Below are positions 1-8,745 of a DNA stretch of 64,000 nt, in pieces (positions within the stretch are counted from its first letter, which is position 1; each line of letters begins with the position of its first letter). Where the stretch lies: contig OZ257257.1 in assembly GCA_965279705.1 (NCBI GenBank), forward strand, positions 2,715,113 through 2,779,112. The letters are read 5' to 3'. Made by a program: the position numbers and the translations under genes. The notes below the pieces were generated by a model, which was given only the letters and a program-made list of their open reading frames with translations, was not told the origin of the DNA and ran no database searches. This stretch comes from Stagnimonas sp. (lineage in GTDB: Bacteria > Pseudomonadota > Gammaproteobacteria > Nevskiales > Nevskiaceae).

Positions 1-55
1 GGGCACTGTGCTGGCAGCAAAAGCGTGGTCTACCGCTGGCTCTGCCCGTAACGGC

Positions 56-1291
56 TCAAGCACATGCCCGGTTGATCGCCCCGATCAGTCGCAGCCATTG
101 GACTGCCCCCAAGGGCGACACCGACTTACCGCTGTTGAGCAGCGCGACCGAGATGTGCCGGCTGGGGTCGGCCCAGCACAGCACGCTGACAAAACCCAGG
201 TGCCCGAAGGCCTCTTGGCTACGCGGCCCAAACAGGCCGAAGGGCGTTTCGCCCAGCATGAAGCCGGCCGAGAACCGCATCGGCAGCATCAGCATGCCGT
301 CGTATTGCAGCTTGCCCACGGGGCGAATCGCCTCGGCCACCGTCTCTGGCTTGAGGATGCGCACGCCATCGAGCACGCCGCCATTGCGCAGCATCTCGAA
401 CACCTTGCAGGCATCGTCGGCGCTGGCAAAGATGTTGCCCGAGGGCACGATGGAAGACAGAAACCCCTCCTCGTTGGCGGCCTCCGCCGCCCGCTCGAAC
501 GACACGCCGATGATGCGTTTCACATACTGCGTCAGCGGCCAGATCGGCTGCGGGCCGGTGCCATGGCTGAGCGGCGCCAGCGCGCGGCGTTCGGGGCTCA
601 GGCCAAACGTCATCGAGTCCAGTTTCAGCGGACCGGTGAGCGTGTTGTGCAGCACCTCACGCAGCCCAAGGCCGCTGACGCGACGGATGATCTCGCCGAC
701 GATGAAACCCACCGTCAGCGCGTGATAGGCCTGCTTCACAAAGCGCGGATCGAACGGCGGCGCCATGCACAGCATGTGCACCAGTGCATCCCAGTGTTGC
801 AGCAGCGAGGGGTCTGGGTGCTTCACTGGCAGCGTCGGTATGCCCGCGCGATGCGCCAGCAGCTGGCGGATGGTGACGCTGCCCTTGCCGTGCGCGGCGA
901 ACGCCGGCAGGTGCTGCGCGACCCGATCGTCGAGACTGAGCTTGCCGTCTTCCACCAGCTTGTGCAGCAGCACGGCGGTGATGGCTTTCGAGGCCGAGAA
1001 CAGGCAGATCGGCGCATCCGGCAATAGCGGAATCTGCCGACCGGTTTCACCCGGCGCATTGCCGCGCAGGCAGCCGATGGCGCGCTTCATCACCACCTTG
1101 CCGTGACGGCGGATCACCAGTGTCATCGCCGGATGCACGCCGGTGCGATACAGACCTTCGGCGGCACTCCAGATGCGCTCGACGCCGCGCTCGCTCATGC
1201 CGGCATCCATCGGCCGGCACTCGGCAGCGTGGTCGATGCGAGTGATCGTCGACAGCTCGCTGGGTACGTTCACCCATTTGCCAAAAGCCAT
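56..1291 (-). CDS. Serine hydrolase, beta-lactamase/EstB-like esterase family
   Basis: 411-aa ORF with an S-x-x-K nucleophile motif ('FSASKAI') in the N-terminal third. Length and layout fit class-C beta-lactamase-fold esterases. Last gene of a co-directional minus-strand string. Confidence 0.7.
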   Translation of the reverse strand: MAFGKWVNVPSELSTITRIDHAAECRPMDAGMSERGVERIWSAAEGLYRTGVHPAMTLVIRRHGKVVMKRAIGCLRGNAPGETGRQIPLLPDAPICLFSASKAITAVLLHKLVEDGKLSLDDRVAQHLPAFAAHGKGSVTIRQLLAHRAGIPTLPVKHPDPSLLQHWDALVHMLCMAPPFDPRFVKQAYHALTVGFIVGEIIRRVSGLGLREVLHNTLTGPLKLDSMTFGLSPERRALAPLSHGTGPQPIWPLTQYVKRIIGVSFERAAEAANEEGFLSSIVPSGNIFASADDACKVFEMLRNGGVLDGVRILKPETVAEAIRPVGKLQYDGMLMLPMRFSAGFMLGETPFGLFGPRSQEAFGHLGFVSVLCWADPSRHISVALLNSGKSVSPLGAVQWLRLIGAINRACA

Positions 1292-1341
1292 CAGCGCAGG
1301 GCCCTCAGCATGGGCAGGGACATCACGATCGGCATCGGCAG

Positions 1342-2598
1342 TTACGCCGGTGGCAGCAGCGATTTCAGCGGCGTGGCCTCATCGGCCAGTGCTGCCTCGG
1401 GCAGCACCGCCCCATCGGCCACCCATTTCTTGGCAAGCATGAACTCTGCCGGGCGGCTCACCGCGTCAGCCGCGATCATCTTGCCTTCGCGCAGATAGAA
1501 CGCAGAGAAGCTGCGCTGGGTGGCAGGGTCACCGCGCAACACCAGCTGGTCATAGCCTTGCGACAGGCCGACCATCTGCAATTTCAGATCGTATTGATCC
1601 GACCAGAACCAGGGCACGTTCTGATAAGCCTCGCGCTTGCCGACCAGGCTGCGCGCGGCGATGCGGCCCTGCTCCATGGCGTTCTGCACCGATTCCAGCC
1701 GAATGCGACGACCGGCGAAGTTGCTGGGGTGATTGGTGCAATCGCCCGCAGCGACGATATCGGGGTCGGACGTGCAGGCGAACTCGTCGACGACGATGCC
1801 GTTATCCACTGCCAGGCCCGCCGCGGCGGCGAGCTCTGTGTTGGCGACCACGCCGATGCCGACGATGAGAAAGTCCGCTTCGATGCGGCTGCCATCGGCG
1901 AGCTTCACATGCGTCACGAGCGTGTCGTCCGCTTCTAGCGCCTCGACCTGCACGCCGGTGCGCAGGTCCACACCCGCCTCGCGATGTACGCGCTCGAAGA
2001 AGCTCGACACCTCGGGTGCAGTGACGCGCGCGAGCACGCGTGGCAGACCTTCGAGCACGGTGACGTGCAGCCCGAGCTTGACCAGCACGGCGGCGGTTTC
2101 CAGCCCGATGAAGCCGGCGCCGACGATTACCGCCTTTTTGCCTGCGACGGCGTGCGGCTGAATCTTCTTGGCGTCTGCGATGCTGCGCAGCGGAAACACA
2201 TTGGTCTTGTCGCCACCGGGTTGGCTGAGCAGACGCGCACGGCCGCCGGTGGTGAGTGCCAGCTTGTCGTAGTGCAGGCTGCGGCCATCGGCCAGCTTCA
2301 CCTGGTGTGCGGCGCGGTCAATACTTTCAACGCGGGCATCACCGATGAACTCGATGCTGAGCTTTTCCATGTTCGCCGGCTGCGAAACGAACAGCGATTC
2401 TTCCGCGACGGTGCCGGCCAGAAACCCCTTCGACAGCGGCGGACGCTTGTAGGGGATTTGCGATTCTTCACCCACAATCACCACGCGGCCGGTGAAGCCC
2501 TGCTTGCGCAGCTCGCTCGCCACTTCGCCCCCCGCCTGACCGCCACCGACGATGAGAAAGGTGAGGTCGCTCGGGGACTGCTCGGGGGTCTCGCTCAT
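1342..2598 (-). CDS. FAD-dependent ferredoxin/rubredoxin--NAD(P)+ reductase (pyridine nucleotide-disulfide oxidoreductase family)
   Basis: 418-aa ORF. FAD Rossmann motif 'FLIVGGGQAGGE', second dinucleotide fold 'AVIVGAGFIGLETA' and 'VAAGDC' motif, as in putidaredoxin/rubredoxin reductases. Confidence 0.8.
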   Translation of the reverse strand: MSETPEQSPSDLTFLIVGGGQAGGEVASELRKQGFTGRVVIVGEESQIPYKRPPLSKGFLAGTVAEESLFVSQPANMEKLSIEFIGDARVESIDRAAHQVKLADGRSLHYDKLALTTGGRARLLSQPGGDKTNVFPLRSIADAKKIQPHAVAGKKAVIVGAGFIGLETAAVLVKLGLHVTVLEGLPRVLARVTAPEVSSFFERVHREAGVDLRTGVQVEALEADDTLVTHVKLADGSRIEADFLIVGIGVVANTELAAAAGLAVDNGIVVDEFACTSDPDIVAAGDCTNHPSNFAGRRIRLESVQNAMEQGRIAARSLVGKREAYQNVPWFWSDQYDLKLQMVGLSQGYDQLVLRGDPATQRSFSAFYLREGKMIAADAVSRPAEFMLAKKWVADGAVLPEAALADEATPLKSLLPPA

Positions 2599-2690
2599 GG
2601 CAACGGCTCTTCAGTTTTCGGGGGTGCGCAGTTTAGGCGAGGATCGTCGCGCACCCCACACGTGCTGGCTTCGCCCGTTTGCAGTAAGGA

Positions 2691-3722
2691 TTACTGCACG
2701 TAAGGCTTCAGCGGTGGTTCCTGATTCACCAGATGCAGCGCTGGCACCCCATTGGCGGCTTCCTTCTGGAGAATGCCGAGCAACCCGGCCGCTGCGGTGG
2801 GCGCAATGATCTGGTCGGGAATGATGGCGGCCAGACCGCACAATTTCGTACCGCCCGCGCGTTCGATGTTGGCCGGGCCGGGGTTGGCAATGGCATCCAG
2901 CGCCAGCTCGAAGGTGAGGCGATCGGTGAGCCCGATGGTGATGTGATCGACGAAGCGCCCCGGGCAGAGATCCTGCAAGAGAATGTTGCTGACCTTAGGG
3001 TTGTTCAACTGCCAGTCCAGCACGGCCGAGGGCACGGGGCTGACGGGCTGCACCAGCTCGTCGAACAGGGTGTAGAGATTGGTGTAGTCGATATCGCCCG
3101 GGGTCTCGTCGCCCTTGTTGACGGCGACGGAGAACAGCGACGTGGGCGGGAACTGGTACAGCACTTCAGGCAGACCGGTCAGCGATGGCAGCAAGGGGAT
3201 GGTGGGCGCAACGGTGGTGCCGTGATTGGCACCGGCCTCCAGCACGAAGTCGGCAACTGCCGCACGCGCCGAGGGCCACCACTTCAATGCCCAGCGCGGC
3301 ATCGAGGCACCCTGGCTGTGACCGATCATCGCCACCTTGCGGCCGCTCTCGGCGTGCATGCGGCGCAGTGCGTACACCACATACTCGGCCGAGATCTGCA
3401 TGTCGCCAAAGCCGCGATCGGGATAGGTGATGGTGCAGACGTCGTAGCCGCGCGCGACCAGCAGCGGGATGTAGGTCCAGTCGTATTGCTCGAAACCCGA
3501 GGTGAAGGTGCCATGCACCAGCAGCACCGGCGGCTTGTCGGGGTGCGTGAAGCCCGTGCAGTTCAGCGACTTGGCCAGCAACGCCGGCGATGTCTCCAGC
3601 GGTGGGTCACCGGCTTCGGCCTTCAGACCGGCATCGGCCAGTACGCTGTCCTCGGTGACGCCGCCGCAGGCGGTCATCAGCAGGGCGAGCAGCGTCGGCA
3701 GCAGGTGGCGTGGGACGAACAT
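2691..3722 (-). CDS. Lipoprotein lipase homologous to Candida antarctica lipase B (CalB-like alpha/beta hydrolase)
   Basis: The listed ORF (to 4067) has an R/G-rich non-protein-like N-terminus. The internal ATG at 3722 gives 'MFVPRHLLPTLLALLMTAC', a signal peptide plus lipobox Cys. Blocks 'PVLLVHGTFTSG', 'GHSQG', 'TNLYTLFDELVQP' and 'FVDHIT' line up with CalB 'PILLVPGTGTTG', 'TWSQG', 'TNLYSATDEIVQP' and 'VIDHAG' (Ser/Asp/His triad). Confidence 0.75.
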   Translation of the reverse strand: MFVPRHLLPTLLALLMTACGGVTEDSVLADAGLKAEAGDPPLETSPALLAKSLNCTGFTHPDKPPVLLVHGTFTSGFEQYDWTYIPLLVARGYDVCTITYPDRGFGDMQISAEYVVYALRRMHAESGRKVAMIGHSQGASMPRWALKWWPSARAAVADFVLEAGANHGTTVAPTIPLLPSLTGLPEVLYQFPPTSLFSVAVNKGDETPGDIDYTNLYTLFDELVQPVSPVPSAVLDWQLNNPKVSNILLQDLCPGRFVDHITIGLTDRLTFELALDAIANPGPANIERAGGTKLCGLAAIIPDQIIAPTAAAGLLGILQKEAANGVPALHLVNQEPPLKPYVQ

Positions 3723-3823
3723 GAGTGTGCTCCGATGTGGTGTGGACAAACAGTACCTCATCAGCCTGGCAGCCGCCCCAAAACAGCCTTCGGCCGCCGC
3801 GATGGCCTTATTGATGACACGCC

Positions 3824-5719
3824 CTAAAAGCGATAAGTCACCGAGATGGAGGCATTGTCGCGGTCTGCGTAGGGCGTCTGGCGGAAGTTCGGCTCGCCGA
3901 AGAAGGCACTGTAGTTCACCCCCAGCGTCAGCTTTTGCAGGCGCGTGAAGTTGGCCCCGATGCTGGCCCTGCGATCGCCCTCGCCCGAAAGTGCACCTAA
4001 GCCACCCAGCAGTGACGACTGCCCGTTGGCGATGCCTGAAAAGCTGATGGGAATCTGCAAATCCCAACCCGAGAACACGTTGCGGTAATCGACGAAGCTG
4101 AGAAACGAATAGCCCCAGGCGTTGCGGTCGTAGGTGAGGTCTTTCGAGCAGCTGCTGGGCCCACAGGCTTCATTGACCTGGTTCACGTGGATGTAGCTGC
4201 TCTCGCCGACGATGGTGATCGCATCCCAAGCCACACCCGGCCCGATCACGTAGATGGCCGACAGCAGCAGCTGGGTGATCTTGGCGCGCGAGGGCGTGGG
4301 CACCGGGCCCAGCAGGCCGCCATCGACATCCACCAGCGTGTCGATGCCATCGCGGTAGATCAGCTCGCCCGCGATGTTGGCGCCGAACAAGGTGCTGGAA
4401 AAACTCAGCGCCGTCATGTCGATGCCGTCGAAGTAGCGGATGTTGTAGGTGACGGGAATCATCAGGTTCAGCGCTTGCGTCGTCAGCGGCGGCAGGCCGC
4501 CCACGCCCGGCAGCAGCAGGCCATACCCGTAGTTCTGTACCGGCGCTGGCGTGGTGTTGTGGTAGCGCAGGCGATACAGGCCCAGGTTGGTGTCCGAGGT
4601 GAGGCGATAGCGCACGCCCAGACCCCATTGCCCGAAATCGCTGGGGCGGATATCTGCCCCACGCTGCACGTTGATGTTGCGCGGCACACCCGGTTGCTGG
4701 ATGCCGCCCACCGGCAGATTCACATCCGGCAAGGCGCTATCTAGCCCGCCCAGCAGCCCGGCCAGCAAGCCAGTCACCTGCTCGGTAGGCAAGCCCGGTG
4801 CCAGCAGATCAACCACCAGTTGCAGCGCTTCGGGGATGTCATCCGACAGCAGATTGATGTCGCCATAGTTGGCGAGATACAGCGGGTTCTGAATGCCGTA
4901 GATGAACTCCGCGCCCGGCCCCACCACGTCGGCGATCGAGAAGAACTCGCCGACTGGATTCAGCTCGGTCTCTTTGTATTCAAACTTGTATTGGCCGAGC
5001 AGCGTGATGTCGTCGGTGAGTGTGAGCTGCATCGACACCTGATTGGTCGGCAGCAGAATGCTCTTCACATCCGCGCCCGGCACATTGGCCTTGGTGGCAT
5101 CGGCCGGGCCTTGCGCGAGTGCCACACCCGAGAAAAACAGGCTCTCGCCCCAGGCCACCACCTGCTGGCCGACGCGCAGGTTCAGCGCCATGGTGTCTCC
5201 GAAATACCAGGTGCCGAAGGCATAGGCATCGAGCAGACGCGTGCGGCGGCCATCGTAGTACTTCGCGTCATGGGTAAACGCGTTCACCGGCTGCTGCGTG
5301 GTGTTGATGGTGTCTGGCGAATTGTTGGCGTTGTTCATGCGCCGGTAGACGTCGTCGTAGAACGCATCGCCACGCACCAGCAGGCCAAAGTCGTTCTTCT
5401 GCAACTGCAACTCGCCGAGCAGCGTCAGGCGATTGTTGACCAGCGCGCCTTTCTTGAAATTACGGTCACCGTCGTCGTAGTTGTTCGACTCCGGCAGCTT
5501 GAGATAATCCGGGATGGGAATCTTCGGACTGGGCGGCGTATTGATGATGCCGTTGTCCGGTGACTCGGTGCGGATCGCCGCCGCATAACTGCCGATCAAC
5601 TGGTATTGGGCGTCGAGCCCAAACAGATCAAACGAGCCTGTGAATCCAGCTCCCGAAACCACCATTCCGCCGGTTAGCGTCAGCCACTGCGCTGCGCCCA
5701 CTCTGGTCATCAAACTCAT
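3824..5719 (-). CDS. DUF1302 family outer-membrane protein (copy 1)
   Basis: Beta-barrel-like alternating sequence, 'QVVAWGESLFFSG' block and C-terminal '...SVTYRF'. Clear paralogue of 27429-29882 and 63052-64000. Start set at ATG 5719, preceded by GGAGG; an alternative ATG lies at 5749. The N-terminal signal peptide is atypical ('MSLMTRVGAAQWLTLTGGMVVSGAG'). Confidence 0.75.
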   Translation of the reverse strand: MSLMTRVGAAQWLTLTGGMVVSGAGFTGSFDLFGLDAQYQLIGSYAAAIRTESPDNGIINTPPSPKIPIPDYLKLPESNNYDDGDRNFKKGALVNNRLTLLGELQLQKNDFGLLVRGDAFYDDVYRRMNNANNSPDTINTTQQPVNAFTHDAKYYDGRRTRLLDAYAFGTWYFGDTMALNLRVGQQVVAWGESLFFSGVALAQGPADATKANVPGADVKSILLPTNQVSMQLTLTDDITLLGQYKFEYKETELNPVGEFFSIADVVGPGAEFIYGIQNPLYLANYGDINLLSDDIPEALQLVVDLLAPGLPTEQVTGLLAGLLGGLDSALPDVNLPVGGIQQPGVPRNINVQRGADIRPSDFGQWGLGVRYRLTSDTNLGLYRLRYHNTTPAPVQNYGYGLLLPGVGGLPPLTTQALNLMIPVTYNIRYFDGIDMTALSFSSTLFGANIAGELIYRDGIDTLVDVDGGLLGPVPTPSRAKITQLLLSAIYVIGPGVAWDAITIVGESSYIHVNQVNEACGPSSCSKDLTYDRNAWGYSFLSFVDYRNVFSGWDLQIPISFSGIANGQSSLLGGLGALSGEGDRRASIGANFTRLQKLTLGVNYSAFFGEPNFRQTPYADRDNASISVTYRF

Positions 5720-5738
5720 GTCGCCTCCGTGCACGTAC

Positions 5739-5761
5739 TGAAATTTCATCCTGAAACTTCA
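5739..5761. promoter_or_regulatory. Two tandem 10-bp palindromes (TGAAATTTCA / TGAAACTTCA), candidate operator
   Basis: Read directly from the sequence in the divergent DUF1302/SDR intergenic region, 20-42 nt upstream of the preferred DUF1302 start. Confidence 0.3.
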
Positions 5762-5914
5762 GAGCCAAGATAAGTGGCGCACCGCCTGCAGGCGTCATCC
5801 AAAACAATGAGTTTTTTTGACGTGTGACTCACATCGTCACTGGCCCATTTTGCACACCCGCACTTCAGATACCCTGCCCGGCATAACAAACAGACTTCGG
5901 CAGGAGCGCAGGCA

Positions 5915-6844
5915 ATGAGCAAGAAATGGATGGCCTCGGACATGCCCCGGTTGCATGGCAAACTGGCGGTGGTCACTGGTGCCAACAGCGGGCTGGGGCT
6001 TGAAACCGCAGCCGGCCTCGCCGCCGCCGGCGCACAAGTCGTCATGGCCTGCCGCAACCCGGCCAAGGCAGAGGCGGCACTGGCAGCGGTGCGTCGCCGC
6101 GTGCCAGAAGCGCGGTTGCAGCTGATGTCGCTGGATCTTTCCGACCTCGGTTCGGTGCGCGCGTTTGCCGCCCAGTGTGCGCAGCAGTTCAGCCAGATTG
6201 ATCTGCTCTGCAACAACGCCGGTGTGATGGCACTGCCATACCAGAAAACTCGCGATGGTTTCGAGATACAGATCGGCACCAATCACTTCGGGCACTTCGC
6301 GCTCACCGGCCTCTTGCTTGATCAGCTCAAGGCCGCGCCTGCCGCCCGTATCGTCACCGTGGCCAGCGTCGCGCATCGCGGCACCAAAGGCTTTGATCTT
6401 GAAGACCCGCAGTGGCTGAAAAACCCGTACCGAAAGAACGAGGCCTACGCGCGCAGCAAGCTCGCCAACCTGCTGTTTACCTTCGAGCTGAGTCGGCGCC
6501 TCAAGGCCAGCGGTTCCCACGTGCTCGCCGTGGCATCGCATCCGGGTTATTCCGCCACCGGCATCGTCGATGCCGCCACCGCAGGCTCTTCACTCAAACG
6601 CTTTCTGGCGAACCTCGGCAACACACTGATCGCTCAACCCGCGGATCGCGGCGCACTGCCCAGCCTCTATGCCGCCTCGATGGCCGACATGCAGTCGGGC
6701 GAATACATCGGCCCGCATGGCTTCCTGCAATTCCGCGGCTGGCCCACGCGCGTCGACAGTAGTGCCGCCACCCTTGATATCGAAAAGGCGCGCGGCCTCT
6801 GGGCACTGTCGGAGCAACTCACCGGCGTGCGTTACCTCTCTTAG
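5915..6844 (+). CDS. Short-chain dehydrogenase/reductase (SDR)
   Basis: 309 aa. Cofactor motif 'VVTGANSGLGLE' and catalytic 'YARSKLAN' (Y-x-x-x-K). Shine-Dalgarno (SD) 'CAGGAG' upstream. Confidence 0.85.
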   Translation: MSKKWMASDMPRLHGKLAVVTGANSGLGLETAAGLAAAGAQVVMACRNPAKAEAALAAVRRRVPEARLQLMSLDLSDLGSVRAFAAQCAQQFSQIDLLCNNAGVMALPYQKTRDGFEIQIGTNHFGHFALTGLLLDQLKAAPAARIVTVASVAHRGTKGFDLEDPQWLKNPYRKNEAYARSKLANLLFTFELSRRLKASGSHVLAVASHPGYSATGIVDAATAGSSLKRFLANLGNTLIAQPADRGALPSLYAASMADMQSGEYIGPHGFLQFRGWPTRVDSSAATLDIEKARGLWALSEQLTGVRYLS

Positions 6845-8736
6845 CTGCGCGCGTGGCCTAGGCTGACCAATGCAAGGCGAATCTCGTCGAGCACCTTGGG
6901 ATCATCAATCGTTGCGGGCGGGTTGTAGGCCGCGCCATCGGCGATGGCGCGCATGGTGGCGCGCAACACCTTGCCCGAGCGGGTCTTGGGCAGCCGCGCC
7001 ACCACCACCGCCTGCTTGAACGCCGCCACCGCACCGATCTGCTCACGCACGCGCGCCACCAGCTCTTTGACAATCGTTTCGTGCGATGTGGTCACACCCG
7101 ACTTGAGCACCACCAGCCCCACCGGCACATGGCCCTTGAGCGCATCGACCACACCGATCACTGCGCACTCGGCGACATCGGCATGGCCTGACAGCACCTC
7201 TTCCATCGCACCCGTCGACAGCCGATGCCCGGCGACGTTGATGATGTCGTCGATGCGCGACATCACCCACCAGTAGCCATCGCTGTCGATGTAGCCGGCG
7301 TCACCGGCCAGGTAATAGCCGGGATAGCGCGCGAGATAAGTGTCGCGATAACCCTGCTCGTTGTTCCACAGTGTGGTCAGCGCACCCGGCGGCAGCGGCA
7401 GCTTGATGGCGAGGTTGCCGATGGTGCCGGCGGGCACTTCCACACCTTGCTCATCGAGCACGCGGATGTCATAGCCGGGCACGGCGACCGAGGCGGAACC
7501 CGGCTTCACCGGCAGCGCCTCGATGCCGCGGCAGTTAGCGATGGCCGGCCAGCCCAGCTCGGTCTGCCACCAGTTATCGACCACTGGCACCTGCAAATAC
7601 TGCTGCGCCCACAGGATGGTGTCGGGGTCGCTGCGCTCGCCGGCTAGATACAGCGCCTTGAGCTGCGAAAGATCGTATTGCTTCAGCAGCTCGCCACGCG
7701 GGTCTTCCTTCTTGATCGCGCGGAAGGCGGTGGGTGCGGTGAAGAAGGCCTTGACCTTGTGCTGTGCAATCACGCGCCAGAAGGCACCGGCATCCGGCGT
7801 GCCGACCGGCTTGCCTTCATACAGAACCGTCGTGCAGCCCTGCAACAGCGGGCCATAGACGATGTAGGCATGGCCCACCACCCAGCCGACGTCGGAGGCC
7901 GCCCAGAACACATCGCCAGGGTCGACGTCGAATACCGCCTTCATCGAATACTGGAGCGATACCGCATGACCGCCGTGGTCACGCACCACGCCCTTGGGCT
8001 TGCCGGTGGTGCCCGAGGTGTAGAGCACGTAGAGCGGGTCGGTAGCAGCCACACTCACGCAGTCAGCGGGTGCTGCCGCAGCAACGGCCGCCTGCCAGTC
8101 GACATCTCGATCAGCGACCAGCGCGGCCTTGCACTGCGGGCGTTGCAGCACGATGCAACGCGGCACCGCATGCGCGGCCATGGCAATGGCATGATCCAGC
8201 AGTGGCTTGTATTCGATGACGCGCCCGACCTCGATACCGCAGGAGGCCGAGACGATCAGCACTGGCTTCGCGTCATCGATGCGCTTGGCCAACTCCGGTG
8301 CGGCAAAACCACCGAACACCACCGAGTGCACCGCGCCGATGCGCGCGCAGGCCAGCATGGCAATCGCGGCCTCCGGCACCATCGGCATGTAGATGATGAC
8401 GCGCTCGCCGGTGCGCACGCCCTGTGCGCGCAAGGCCCCGGCAAAGAGGGCCACCGCATCGCGCAATTCGCGGTAGCTGTACGACTGCACTGTGCCCGTG
8501 ACCGGGCTGTCGTAGATCAGCGCCGCCTGATTGGCGCGACCGCTTTCCACATGGCGATCGAGCGCGTTATAACAGGTGTTAAGCCGCCCGCCGACGAACC
8601 AGCGGCTGCGGCCTTCGGCGTCAGTTTCGAGCACGCGATGCCAGCGCTGATCCCAGCACAGCGCCTCGGCCTGCTTCGCCCAGAACGCCTCTGGTTCTGC
8701 GACCGACCGGCGATGGCTTTCAGCGTAGTCCGTCAT
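6841..8736 (-). CDS. Acyl-CoA synthetase of the acetyl/propionyl-CoA synthetase (PrpE-like) family
   Basis: About 631 aa. N-terminus 'MTDYAESHRRSVAEPEAFWAKQAE', AMP-binding motif 'YTSGTTGKPKG' and C-terminal 'LPKTRSGKVLR'. A GTG at 8745 is an alternative start. Confidence 0.85.
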   Translation of the reverse strand: MTDYAESHRRSVAEPEAFWAKQAEALCWDQRWHRVLETDAEGRSRWFVGGRLNTCYNALDRHVESGRANQAALIYDSPVTGTVQSYSYRELRDAVALFAGALRAQGVRTGERVIIYMPMVPEAAIAMLACARIGAVHSVVFGGFAAPELAKRIDDAKPVLIVSASCGIEVGRVIEYKPLLDHAIAMAAHAVPRCIVLQRPQCKAALVADRDVDWQAAVAAAAPADCVSVAATDPLYVLYTSGTTGKPKGVVRDHGGHAVSLQYSMKAVFDVDPGDVFWAASDVGWVVGHAYIVYGPLLQGCTTVLYEGKPVGTPDAGAFWRVIAQHKVKAFFTAPTAFRAIKKEDPRGELLKQYDLSQLKALYLAGERSDPDTILWAQQYLQVPVVDNWWQTELGWPAIANCRGIEALPVKPGSASVAVPGYDIRVLDEQGVEVPAGTIGNLAIKLPLPPGALTTLWNNEQGYRDTYLARYPGYYLAGDAGYIDSDGYWWVMSRIDDIINVAGHRLSTGAMEEVLSGHADVAECAVIGVVDALKGHVPVGLVVLKSGVTTSHETIVKELVARVREQIGAVAAFKQAVVVARLPKTRSGKVLRATMRAIADGAAYNPPATIDDPKVLDEIRLALVSLGHARS

Positions 8737-8745
8737 TGGGCGCAC

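Noticed and set aside
3723-4067. N-terminal 115-aa extension of the lipase ORF. Similar upstream extensions occur at 27404-27517, 31364-31450, 11365-11424, 21318-21371, 32684-32725, 43503-43589 and 50959-50982.
   Set aside because: The extensions are R/G/H-rich and non-protein-like. The internal ATGs are in most cases preceded by good Shine-Dalgarno sequences. Those ATGs yield canonical signal peptides or N-termini that match known homologues.
5746-6541. Minus-strand ORFs 5746-6282 and 5837-6541, opposite or upstream of the SDR gene.
   Set aside because: They are antisense to a motif-bearing SDR gene, and their Ala/Arg/Cys-rich translations have no family features.
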